Origin: Psammoneis japonica
Lineage: Eukaryota
Reading direction: 5' to 3'
Assembly: GCA_008632985.1 (NCBI GenBank)
Contig: QPGO01000132.1
Span: 124,001-188,000, forward strand
Length of the DNA: 64,000 nt
Shown here: positions 26,375 through 37,749 of the stretch, in pieces
How positions within the stretch are numbered: position 1 is the first letter of the stretch
How the letters are laid out: each line of letters starts with the position of its first letter
Translations under genes and position numbers: made by a program
The notes under the pieces: generated by a model
Database searches by the model: none
The model's input: the letters and a program-made list of their open reading frames with translations, nothing else
What the model was told of the DNA's origin: nothing

Positions 26375-27768
26375 TTATCCAACAAGTTCCTCTTGTCTGG
26401 AAGCTTCTAGTCGAGCCTCTAAGTCTTGTAGTACCTTTTCTTCATCCACGATCGTTTCACCTTTTCGTAACCTCATGGTTGGTTCGTGCAGCAGCTTTCG
26501 TATCAACGTCCTTTCGGTCGCTTTTTGTGCCATCGACTCGCCCCGTTGACGAAGTCGAGATATCGTGTCGGCAACCGCTGTGGCCTGAAATTTGGACACG
26601 CACTTGTCTACCGTTGGGTCTATTGCCTGTTCCATGGCAGACTATAAAAACAAAGAGGCGTTGTCATTGTCAGTATGGATGAAAAGGAGATGCTCATCAC
26701 GCTGGTACTTCTTTTTGAAAACAAACCTGAGCAACCGCTTCTGACATGTGGGTTGGGATCTCTTGAGCGTATTTGCTATCAGATCCATAGGCTCTCAGCT
26801 GCTCAATTTGAGGGACAATACGCGAGTCACGTGCAGCTTTTCCAGCACTCAGTGCGAAATCTAGCACGATTTTCACGTTGGAGCCTTGGGCAACCTGCAA
26901 AGCGTACAACATCGGAAGTGAGGTTGGTAATATAAAACAAAACATCATCATGCTCGATAGTGTGAGCACAACGCTCATTCGTACTTACTTCTGCAGTACG
27001 CTTTAATTGAAGCAAAATGTGAGCATCTCGTGAAGAAAAGGGTCGAAATGGTACGCTTCGGTCTGGGCGATTGGGTCGTTTCGCCATTCCTGCAGCTACC
27101 CGAGACAAGTGCCGACAAACCGATTCGACTCCATCCAGGTGAGTCCAATAATTGTCCATCGTTTCATCCACAAGATCCTCCTCCTCTACAAGACTCGTAT
27201 TTGCTATTCTATAGGGCCAATCGAAACTCGAGAACTGATTTAGAATCATGTTGGTTCCTTTCGTTTGGTGGAATTTCACCTGTGTCGAGACGCACCGCGA
27301 AACCGCGTGTCGAATAGCTCGAGATGTAACTTCGCGGTCCATTGAATCATCATTTTGTTTCCACACGAGCAGTATCTCAAACCGAGCACAATTGGAAAGA
27401 ACAGCACATTCCTGAATGCTATCAACGTTTTGCATAAAGTATTTGTTGAGCCGCGTCAGTGTCTTTGGTTTGGGAACAAAGAAATCTCGTCCGTCACCCA
27501 GAACCGAATCCTTCCATCTCCACGTGTCCTTGACGGCTTTGGAAAAGAAAACATCATCCTTAGTTTGCTGCAGCGATAGCAAATGAATGTGTTGTGAAGG
27601 AGTGTAATTGTGTTTTGTGGATTGTTCCAACGCAGGTTGTTGCTGGCTTTTTAGAAGTGTTGGCGAGGAACGCGTAACGCCGCCTAAATTCACCCACGCG
27701 TTTGCAGAACCAATAAAGCAGAGAAGAAGAGTCACAAAAGGAAACGACTCGAGGCGAATGCATTTCAT
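26375..27768 (-). CDS. Glutamyl-tRNA reductase (HemA)-like protein lacking the NADPH-binding domain, with signal/plastid presequence; exons 27768-26989, 26894-26727, 26641-26375
   Basis: VLSNCARFEI (cf. LSTCNRTE), RHLSRVAAG, HILLQLK (cf. QILGQVK), ALSAGKAAR, and dimerisation-like IRKLLHEPTMRLR; two GT-AG introns. Confidence 0.7.
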
Positions 27769-27899
27769 GGTCAATTAAACGGTGCTTGGTCAGTTCGCGG
27801 CTCTGCTTTGTAGACAGAGAGAACGCTGAAGGCCATTGCCAACTGCCAAAGGCGGTTGGCGACTTAGGGCCCTACATCAACTCGATTATCTTTCAGGGA

Positions 27900-29560
27900 A
27901 TTTCATGGTGGGAGGTGGGAAGGACGGACTCAGAGGAAAAAGGAAATGGCGGGCTGGTGCATGCCATGCAATGATGTGATCGATCTGTGTCTCATTGCCC
28001 ATTGCCTGCGCCTCTTCAATCAACATCTTGGTGGTTCACAAATGATCTGATGCAATTGGTGAAGAGAGTGTGGTCCAGTCTTTCATTGTTTTTGTTTGTT
28101 CATTGTTCAACCCCCCCTTGTTCTGGTTGGTCGTCTCTTCCTCTTGACATGTGCTGACGAAGCTCCAGAGAGGCGAGGCTCAAAGGTGTTTTCATCCATG
28201 AGAGTGGGCAAGTCCTTGCAGACCAGCTGCCTTCCTTTGGAGCTTTGCCATCTTCAAAGCTCACTCTCAAGGCAAACACAGCAAGAGACAGTGTCACATT
28301 GGTTTTGATCTTGTCCTGGTTGTTGAGGCAACCAGAGAGCTGACTTTTTGTTGTCCCTGTCAACACAGCAGCAAACTGAGCAATGCTGCCAACTGATGTG
28401 ACAGCAGCTTCAAGGCAAAATTGGCAAAGCAAACTTTGTGGGATCTCACTGGCTGTCATTTTTGGCTCATCACAAGGCTCCAATTGAGGCAGCCAGAGAG
28501 CAGATGCTTTGTTGTTATCTCCATCAACAGTGGGAGTGTCCTGGCTGGGGCAGCCAGAGAACAGACACTTTGCCATCCCTGCAAATGGTGGTGACCTGAT
28601 CAACATTGATGGCTGACATGACAGCTGGCAGCTTCAAAGCAAAATTAGCAAGACTCAAAAGGTGACATCTGTTGTCTTGTCAACCATGGTTTGTGGCTCC
28701 TCACATCCTTGGGGGGGCGGGATGCAGCCAGAGAAGAACAGACTTTGTCATCCCTGTTGACACCAGCAAATTGAGCAATGTTGTCAACTGGCACAAGCAA
28801 CAGCTTTTGAGTGAAGTTGAAATTTCACAAAACAAAGTTTGTGGGGTCTTGCTGGCTGCAGTTTGTGGCTCATCATGAGGTTGTTCCGGGTGAGACAGCC
28901 AGAGAATGGACACTCTGTTGTCTCCATCAATGGGGGTGGTGTGAAGTGGCAAGCAGCATTGAAAACTGAGGCTGCAGCAGCAGTTCAACCATGAAGAGAT
29001 GGTTTGTGCTTTCACCTGCCAAGCACAAAAGCTGTCTTTCCTCCTCTTGCCTCCTTTGGAAGAATTGACTTGGCCGCCCCCTTCTTTCCAGCAGACATTT
29101 TTGAACCTTGTTTGTGCTTGCTTGCTTTGCTGGCAACAGCAACCATGACAGCAGTGATGAGAGTGACAAAACAGAGAAAGTTGCAAGCTGGCAAGGCTTG
29201 GCCACACATCACAGCTCCCCACAAGAAGCGCCAGAGCCATGGGTGATTTTTCTAAAGTTGAGTCCAGATCCCATGGTCTTGTGGTGTGAGAAGGAAGAAG
29301 GCAAAGTGCAGAGCAGTTTGTTTTCCATGAATGCGGCTTGCATTGTCAACTTTTCTGAGCTCTGCAATCCTTGGTTTTACACCAACAGCAGAGCTCTGAG
29401 AATTGGCCAGAAAGGGTCAATTTTGCTGGGGCAAAAGTTGTTGTGATGAAGGTGATGAAGAGCGCTGCTCAACACCCTTCTGTTGAGGATTCAACGTTGT
29501 TCTCAACTTCTTGCTCCTGAGCTTGATGACTCATTTGACTTGGTCACCATCACTGAACAA
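27900..29560. mobile_element. TpA/CpG-depleted block containing degenerate direct repeats
   Basis: Only residual gttat, attag, tctaa, ttttac seen; repeated cagccagaga...tctccatcaa and ccctgt...gcaaa(c/t)tgagcaatg at ~28330-28640 and ~28725-28935. Confidence 0.6.
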
Positions 29561-29702
29561 GAAGCAAGGTATGATGAGGAGCAAGAGAGGCAGGCGTGCT
29601 GCCCTGAGGTTGTTGTGGTGAAGGTGAAGAAGAGCCCTTCTGTCGAGGATTCAATGTTGTCAACTCCTTGTTCCTGAGCTTGACGACTCATTCGACTTGT
29701 TC
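29448..29702. repeat. Direct repeat (~85-95 bp x2) straddling the block edge
   Basis: gaaggtga..cccttctgt(t/c)gaggattcaa..cctgagcttga(t/c)gactcatt(t/c)gactt at 29448-29545 and 29620-29702. Confidence 0.85.
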
Positions 29703-29889
29703 GATGCAAGAGGAGGTATGCGTGCCGCCCTGGTCAGGGGTGCACCGCATCAACCTCACATCACCTCATCAACCTCATCTTCAATACGGTACATTAATCA
29801 AAACTGGAACTGTGACGCTGCGTCGACCACCATCTTGCTTCTTACGGTACCTTACAGTTACAAAGACAAAAGGAAAAGTCAAGAGGAAA

Positions 29890-31248
29890 ATGAGCAACAA
29901 TGTGGAGAGTAGTGATGCCGAGTTGGCCAGTGAAGAATCATCTCATCAGAAAGGAAACAAGGACGTGAATTCATCTGCAGAAAACGACGAGGAGGTGCCA
30001 CACGAAAAGCCCCGCCAGTGGTTGCTCGATCGAATGTTTGGCAAGTCTCCTCCTCCTGAACTTACTCCTCCATGCTGGATATGCTACATCCCGCCGTGCA
30101 TTTCAGTGTAAGAATATGAATGAGTTATAATATCTCTGTGTACGGCTAGATTGTTTGTCTCACTCGTTTGTTCTTCTCTGGTGTTGATGTCTTTTCCAAA
30201 GCAAACCTGATTTCTTTGAACAAAATTGTTTTTGTGAACGACTCGGGAAAATTGGAGTCATTGAACCCAACGAGCGAAAATGGCGGAAGCATCTGATGCA
30301 AGTATCGCTCGTTACCAACATTGTTGCATTTTGCCTATCCATTACAGCGTGTTTTGCAATCAGCACTAAATTCCACATTCTTCGGAGCCTTCCCTTTAGC
30401 AGTGGCAATGTGCGAATTCAAAATATATCGTCTGGAAATTTGCGGGATTTAGTCCAAGCCGATATCGGATTACAGGCTGTGGCGTACAGCAGTATTGATC
30501 TAGGCATTGAAACCGTCATCAAATTTGATCAGTTTTGTGATTACAACGGCACTGGACTCGAGTCTTTTATTCTCCCGTCCGACTGTGCCTCGTGTCAGGA
30601 TGCAAGTACCAGTCTCATTTTCACCCTGGCTGTGAGCGCCTTTCCTTACATTCCGTCCATGTTTACCAACGTCATGAGAATGTACTACAACTACGATATC
30701 AATTGCCTCAAGACCTTTGGCGTCTTGGCAAACGCCTTTTCCATGGTTCTCGCCATGTATTCCTATCTCGCGTACAGACACCAATGTTTCTTTAGCTTTT
30801 ATGAAGGTGATGTGTATTTCAGTTCCAATTTTACAGCCGTGGAAAAGGATTCTGGCAATGCCGTTTTTAAAGGCACTGTGGACTGGAAACCCGGGAACGC
30901 ATTAATATGCATCATTGTGGCTTCTGCGCTCGGTAAGTTCAGGCTGATGGACCCACCTTTTTGCGTACCGTATGTCATATGTGTCATTCACATTGCTCAA
31001 CGTTTTGTTCTGCGTCTACTATAGTCGGAATTGACATTATTTGCCACTTGCTTGTCCCGTCCCCTACAATCGCAAGAGACCACGACGAGCAAGAAGAATA
31101 CGAACGACAGAGTTTGATGAACACTTCGGGACGCGTGACTGCGGATGTTTCATGGAAAGATTTTATAACATCCTTTTGTCGCATGATTTGTGGAAAGAAA
31201 CAGCGTGACAGTGATGACAACGACGATGATGATGCACACGATACTTGA
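29890..31248 (+). CDS. Multi-pass (probably 4-TM, claudin/amastin-like topology) membrane protein; exons 29890-30107, 30202-30932, 31025-31248
   Basis: In-frame GT-AG splicing; four hydrophobic segments with a Cys-containing loop (CDY..CASC). Confidence 0.7.
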
Positions 31249-31391
31249 GAGCAATAGGAGACCGGAGAAAAGGAGGCGAGTTCGTCAAAGAGGAGAGTCA
31301 ACTTCAGTTCTTGAAGCCAGCAAACAATGAATCAGTTGTCTTCCTCTATCTTCACTTGTTACCTTCTACCAAAGCGGCACCTTCTTTCTCT

Positions 31392-31826
31392 TCCGAATTG
31401 AGCAGTCGAGATGAATACCCTCTACTCTACTGTAGCTAGCCCTAGCTACTAGATGGGGTAGGGCCCTAGTTTGTGTACAAGCATAGATTACCGGTACTAC
31501 TCTGGTATCACATCAGTAGTCCGTTTGACGACAACTTCCGGCAATTTTTACCGCTCGTGAAAAAAGTTTGCACAAGATCGTTTCTAACTAGCCCTAGCTA
31601 CTAGATGGGGTAGGGCCCTAGTTTATGTGCAAGTCCGAATTGAGCAGTCGAGATGAATACCCTCTACTCTATGTAGCTAGCCCTAGCTACTAGATGGGGT
31701 AGGGCCCTAGTTTGTGTACAAGCATAGATTACCGGTACTACTGTGGTATCACATCAGTAGTCCGTTTGACGACAACTTCCGGCAATTTTTACCGCTCGTG
31801 AAGAAAGTTTGCACAAGATCGTTTCT
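31392..31826. repeat. Recent ~193-bp direct duplication (242-bp period) with an intervening partial copy; contains CTAG-rich island
   Basis: tccgaattgagcag...gatcgtttct at 31392-31585 and 31634-31826; tagccctagctactagatggggtagggccctag present three times. Confidence 0.9.
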
Positions 31827-32440
31827 CTAGGACAAATTTTTTCGGTGAATCGAATGGGCAAACTCTCATCGTCTGAAAATTAAGTCTTCAGTGTCTTTTT
31901 AGCAGGAACATTCTGGCTGGGTGCTTTACATAGTCGTAAGTAATTTAAAATAACAGTGTTCGCAAATATAAACTTAGATTTTTCCATCTGACGATGACAA
32001 TGAACTGGTAACGCTATCTCCTCCTTAACAATTAGGCGTTGAGTCTTGTAACTTCGTCGGTCCATGTATGACATTTATGTGCGTGGACCGATGAGGTTTC
32101 AATTCCCAACTGCTGACAGTTATGAACTAGATAGCGTTACCGTTTTTAGCTCGGAAGCTATCCCCAAACGGAGTACGCTCTAGTATTACAGGACTACCGT
32201 AGTTCAGTAGGTAATGAGCCTGTTGAGTCGTGATTTACGACTTTGGTCGCGCATAGATCTTTTTGGCTAGAAGTTTGTGAAAGTAGTGATAAGCTTACCG
32301 ATATGGATAGACTCTAGAAAGAGAGGAGGCCCCATGAACAGGTCAGAGGTAATTGGTACAATGCGAAGGCTACATTATCATATCCTAAGTTGGTCTCAAA
32401 CTCTTATAAATCAACCCTCTCCCATCAATCCGATCGACTT

Positions 32441-33297
32441 CTAATCCTTCCTAGCTCCGCCAGACAAAAGGTTACCAAAGGCTTCTTGTCCTTCTTTGCT
32501 CGCTCCAGCCATTCGTTTGACAGCCATGGCACTGCGATTATCCACGACATTGATGACTCGTCCATTGGCTTTGTCTTGCACCAAGACTAGAGCGTATCCG
32601 AGAACGACAATCGAGTGAGATGCAGGGATGAACACACGAAAAAGAATCTGATTTTCATTTTTGCAAACTCACCATATACAAATTCACCACCCGGCATGCT
32701 GGACGCCTGTTCGGCGAACACAAAGGCATGCCCATACGGGCCTTCTAGATTGTATCGTACACGCGTCCGTTTCGTATCATCTTCAGCGTTGGTGTATTCC
32801 GTGTGCTCGACAAAGTTTCGTCTCCCCTCCCGATGGCCCCCGTGATCGCGACCATAACCCTTGAGGGGAGTACCAAAGCGTTTTTGAACGTCAGACGAAT
32901 TGCGAACCAGTTCGAGTGACTTGTCAAAGACCGTGTTGGGTGACATTTTGGTGGGGATCAGCTCACGGCCGATATAATACGCACAGGCCGAGGCAAACAC
33001 AAAGATACCAGCCCACATGGTCAAGCGCGTTCCCGCTACCACTTTTTGACCCGGAGTGAGAACCAACTCTTGACGATCTGAACCGTCTTCTCCTTTTGTC
33101 TCTTTCTTATCGCCGCCGCCGCTGCTGCTGAGAGCGCGACTCCATTTCGAAACAGAGTTGCGTTGACCAAGAAGCATCATATCCATGGCATGGCAACTGC
33201 TACCACCCAACGAGCTGCGAAGATTATAAGGTGATGCAGCACTCTTGAGAACCGCAACACTCCGCCGCGCCATTAGCAAGGACCCGGTACGAAACAT
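32441..33297 (-). CDS. TIM21: Mitochondrial import inner membrane translocase subunit Tim21; exons 33297-32673, 32586-32441
   Basis: Basic Ser-rich presequence, single TM, ELIPTKMSPNTVFDKS..RFGTPLKGYG..RRN..RVRYNLEGP..VFAE..FVYVLVQ. Confidence 0.85.
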
Positions 33298-33620
33298 GAT
33301 TGCAAGAACGAGCAACGAAGACTTGGAGGAAACGCGGTTTGGCTACTGTTGCTGTTGCTTCTGTTGTTGGTGGTGAATTGAATGAATGTTGAATGTTGTT
33401 GAAGAAATGTGAGTGTGTCTGAAAACTCGCGGCTGGGAGTGTGAAGAAGTGTGGAAGCACCACCCGGAAATACCGGTATTCAAAGCTTATGGATACCCGC
33501 CCACTCTAAGGTAGAGAGAGTCCTGGTCAACTCACGAGAAGCATAGGTAAGAATCATAGAATGGAAAGAAACAATAACTACTATGTACAGCCAACAAAGG
33601 TTCAAAAACTTTTTCTGAAT

Positions 33621-34490
33621 TCAAGACAACGACGAAAACTCGGGCCAAAACTCCTTTCGCATTCGATCGACATAACTGACCAAGTTGGAGTGCTCTTCTC
33701 TTCCAACTTTGCAAACTGGATGATCCCAATCACCGTGTACAAGACAAGCAAGATATGCATAGATTGTAGCGTCAAACGACGTTATCTTGTCTCCCATAAA
33801 GTACGTCTTGTCTCCCAAGTAGACTGCAACCGCCTCGAGTTCCATGCGAAACTTTTCCATGGCTTCACTTTCCTCCATCAAGCCCAAGCCTTGTCCCTTG
33901 AGATCGCGAAGCAGCTTGGCTTGGACTAGCTGACTCAAAGGAAAACGGAAAATGCGGGGGATGCTTGCAAAGTAGAGCGGAAACGTCACACGCTTTGACT
34001 GTGCAGGATCATAGCGTGCACGCATTAATTGAAAGTACATGGATTCTTCCAGCATAGTTTTGAAAGCCGTACCGATTGCCTTTTCTTCTGCAGTCAAGTG
34101 AGAATCTAAATCAAAAGTGGATGGATCTTTCTCCACAAGCGCATTCATAATTAGGGTAGAATCGGATAGTACATTGCCGTCGTTGATGGCATCCCAGTGG
34201 ATCCAAGGTACCTTGCCCTTGGGTGAATCCTTCATTTTGTGTTGTGGAAAGTAAATGATATCAAATTCGGCACCAGACATTCGGAAAAAGGTTTGCAGTT
34301 TGAGGCATGCGGGCGAAGTATCCGCTTCTCGTCCGGGGAGTGCCAACCAAGAATACACGCAAGGCTTGCATGGCGCTGCTTGCTTCTTTTTGCGCCGCCT
34401 TTGGACAAGCAAGAGGCTCGCTGCTGCGCCACCAAGCACTAAAGCGAGCGCTGTTGGGAGCCAGGATGGAGACACTTCTCGAGTCACCAT
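33621..34490 (-). CDS. Metaxin/failed-axon-connections (FAX)-like GST-fold protein with N-terminal TM anchor
   Basis: SPACLKLQTFFRM, SPKGKVPWI, DSTLI, YLGDKTYFMGDKITSFDATIYAYL, NLVSYVDRM. Confidence 0.85.
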   Translation of the reverse strand: MVTREVSPSWLPTALALVLGGAAASLLLVQRRRKKKQAAPCKPCVYSWLALPGREADTSPACLKLQTFFRMSGAEFDIIYFPQHKMKDSPKGKVPWIHWDAINDGNVLSDSTLIMNALVEKDPSTFDLDSHLTAEEKAIGTAFKTMLEESMYFQLMRARYDPAQSKRVTFPLYFASIPRIFRFPLSQLVQAKLLRDLKGQGLGLMEESEAMEKFRMELEAVAVYLGDKTYFMGDKITSFDATIYAYLACLVHGDWDHPVCKVGREEHSNLVSYVDRMRKEFWPEFSSLS

Positions 34491-35178
34491 GGCACGGATC
34501 GAAGCTTGCGAGATTCAAGAAACGATTTTTTGGAGATTTGGGATTGGTCCGCGACACAAACACAGGCTCAAACGCCACCAATAAATGGCCTCGAGGAGAA
34601 GGTCAGACGCGGAGTTGCGACGGGCGACGGACGACGGCCCGAGACTTGAAGCCACGCACGTTGCCCTGTTCAATGTTGTAGCTCTAGCTCTCTCTAGCTA
34701 GTACCGGTAGAGGGCCCTATCTCTAAAACTGGGGCTCTAGAAATAGTGCGGCTAAAGTAGAAGTTACAAAGATTAGCGATAGAGTGATGACAGCGAAACA
34801 GTTACTGGAACAAGTAAAGTGAATGTCAGTTTGTCTTTTCCACAGCGAACCACCATCCGTCACGTGCGCAAACGCACAGGATCCTATCAAATTCTCTCGA
34901 GTAGGGCCTAAGCAAAACAAACTTGACAGGGCTCGACTTGTAAACGAGAGAGATATCTGTTCGTGCGCCTCGGGGTTTCGATTGGTACATCCAAAGAGAA
35001 GACGGTCTGGGACGAACACGTTGGGCAGATCCATGGCATGAGGGGACGACAAGAACATCCGTGTTGAATTGCGAGAATGCGTCAGGGTAGATTCTTTTTC
35101 TATTTTTTTGCTGTTTGTATTCTAATCTCCCCCATGATCATATACTGTACACCAGTGGTCTCTGGCAACATTTTGATT

Positions 35179-36192
35179 TCACTTCTTGTAGGAACCCTCC
35201 GCCATGCCCAACAATTTGTCAATCTTTGTCAAGACTTCTTCTCCCGTTTTCTTCACCTCCTCCATGCCTTCCTCGAGACCATCAAGCCTCGTCTCGAGAT
35301 CATCGAGCCTCGTCTCGAGATCATCGAATCTCGTCTCGAGATCATCGAATCTCGTGTCGTTTGAAATCACGTTGAATCCATAAGTGAGGCAGGTAGATGC
35401 AACCGAAGTCGCAGCAGCTTCTTGTGCTACGGGTCCATCAGGATCAGCAATAGAATACAATAGTGTGCCTGCAGCACCCGTCATGGTGATATGACGAGCT
35501 ACAGGGGCTATGTTACGAAGAGCAGCCATAGTACGGCTCATCCAAGACGGAGGATCGTTCGGTGCCGGCCTCGCGGTGCCATTGTTCGGAGCCGTCTCCA
35601 CGCTTGGTGACGCCGTGCGGGCATCGTCGGGAGTCGCCTTGTTGCCGTCTTCCTCAACATCAATGTCGGGATTCCCGTCTCCTCCCAACCCGTTTTCGGT
35701 TTGAAGAGGAGAATCAAACTCGAGAACAACGTCGCTCGGAGTCGGCGTGGGCTCGCCGTCGCCGCCGTTGTCGCGCATCGTCGCCGCGATCGGAACAAAG
35801 TCGCTCGGACGTGCTGTCGTCGATGGACGAGAGTTAGACGCCATTGATGCTGGTGTTGTATCAGTCACGGAGTGACGCGGAATGGCTGCTACTGCCGCTA
35901 CAGCAGGGTGTACGTGACTGCTACTGCGAGCACTTGGAGTGCGAGAACAAGCCGACGTTTGATTCTTCTCCACGTCGTTGTAACGCCTGTTGATGTTACT
36001 GTTATCCACGAGCAGGGGCTTCCTCTCACTCGCACGGCTGGTTTCGTCTTTGCCATACATGGTTTCCGATTGTATGTGGTTCGATAAACTGTTTGCGATG
36101 CCGCTGAAGTGCTGGGGAGTTCTTTTTTCGAAGGTTTTTGGCGCGCTGCTGTCGGTCATCTGGTATGTTTTTAACGTGGATTCTACGTTCAT
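35179..36192 (-). CDS. Hypothetical protein with hydrophobic hairpin and C-terminal heptad (RFDDLET) coiled-coil repeats
   Basis: 337-aa ORF; start uncertain (several in-frame ATGs). Confidence 0.55.
   Translation of the reverse strand: MNVESTLKTYQMTDSSAPKTFEKRTPQHFSGIANSLSNHIQSETMYGKDETSRASERKPLLVDNSNINRRYNDVEKNQTSACSRTPSARSSSHVHPAVAAVAAIPRHSVTDTTPASMASNSRPSTTARPSDFVPIAATMRDNGGDGEPTPTPSDVVLEFDSPLQTENGLGGDGNPDIDVEEDGNKATPDDARTASPSVETAPNNGTARPAPNDPPSWMSRTMAALRNIAPVARHITMTGAAGTLLYSIADPDGPVAQEAAATSVASTCLTYGFNVISNDTRFDDLETRFDDLETRLDDLETRLDGLEEGMEEVKKTGEEVLTKIDKLLGMAEGSYKK
35272..35355. repeat. 21-bp tandem repeat x4 encoding TR(F/L)D(D/G)LE
   Basis: ctcgagatcatcga(a/g)(t/c)ctcgt units. Confidence 0.9.
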
Positions 36193-37567
36193 GCTGGGTC
36201 TTAGATTTTCACGACTCGGCCGTCATTTGTGTCGAATCCACGAAAAAGTCTACGAGAACCTCAGTACTTGCCACGAAAGATACATTTCGTCAAGATCTTC
36301 GTTCGCCTTCTTGGCACTGTTTCGCATCCCGTTGCGTTGTCAGCGAATGAGCTATCCCAGAGAACTTGTGATATCCACCAAAGCGTTCAATTTTTTCCGT
36401 TGTGTTGTAGAGCAAGAGCTTTTTGATTCTCGAAGTGTGTTCAGCGATACCGTAGGCATGATGGTCAGCTGGAATGCAATGATGCCCGCAGAAGGGAAAC
36501 TACATACATTCGAAATATTTTGTCGGGCGCCTCTATAAAACTCATCTCGGCTCCTTGTTTCTGGACGCAAGTTTATTCGACTTTTTATCGTTCAGCCTTT
36601 CTTGCGCTGCCATTGGGTGGATGAAAGTTGTCATACTTGTACACTAGTAGGCGGTCGAAGCAGTTTCGTCGTTTCTTCCGCAACGCCTTGCATCAAGTCG
36701 AGACACATTGGGTGATCCTTTAAACGCGTTTTTCGTTTTTCCGTGGCGCATTTAAAGCTGATAAGATAGCCTTCATCTGGATACTCATAAAGTAGCATCG
36801 GTTTGTTTCTGTCTTGTCTTCAATCTCGTCTGTCCATAGAAGCGCCATGAAGATCAATGGAACGGTTATTTACGCAAATGAAAGGACCATTGCATTTTCT
36901 TGGCAATGGCCATAGCTTTTTTGTTGTTACTCATCCAACCGCCCATGACAACCGTTTCTTTCGCCAACTCTTTCGGAGAAACGAAACGTCAAATGCAATT
37001 TCGGAATGATTACAACGATGTTTTTGTGGCGACCCTTCATTTTGCATAAATTGTCAACGCACTTTATGTTTTGAGTGTTTCGAATGCATATCATGAGTGA
37101 AGGCTACAGCACTGTCACTGTGTACTACTGGGTAACGAACTGTCCTGAGCAAGGATCGATCACCCAAGCTCGCAGGAAGAACCCACATAACACCGTGTAT
37201 GCAATCCATATCCAGTATTCATCAAACGATCTCCTACTGCAGCAAACATATATCTGTCTCACAGTGGTCACCATCGACGCTGCGAAAACGTACTAAACGA
37301 ATATGATACCATGACGGATAAGGAAGGCGGAGAGGCGGGAGGCGAGCCAAGAGTCAAGCAGTCGCTGAAAAAGTGAACAAAAAAATCATTGGAGAATATT
37401 GATCTACGAGTATAAAGAATAAAGATAACGAACGATTTATCTGGATATGTAGACATTTCATACCCCTGGCGATTGTCCGTTGAAAATCAAAACGACGACC
37501 ACCCCCATTCACATCCGTCCGCCCCTTCATTTTTTTTCACGCCAAGCTTCAACCCCTACTCTACTAT

Positions 37568-37603
37568 CTACTCTCTAGAGAGTAGCTACTCTCTAGAGAG
37601 TAG
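37568..37603. repeat. Perfect 36-bp palindrome (two tandem 18-bp palindromes) within a CTAG-rich island
   Basis: ctactctctagagagtag + ctactctctagagagtag; further ctctagagag copies at ~37659 and ~37687. Confidence 0.9.
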
Positions 37604-37749
37604 GGTTAGTACCTGTATGATAGGGCCTACTGTAACTAGTAGCTAGAACCAACCTCTACTCTAGAGAGAGCGGGCTTCCGGTACTCTCTCTAGAGCTGTG
37701 TAGTACCAAGTACCAGCAAGTGCGTATTTTCTAATGATCGAACTATTAA

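Noticed and set aside
36200..37300. Possible pseudogene fragments (also 53000-53900 and 57731-58265)
   Set aside because: Multiple stops in all frames and no identifiable homology.
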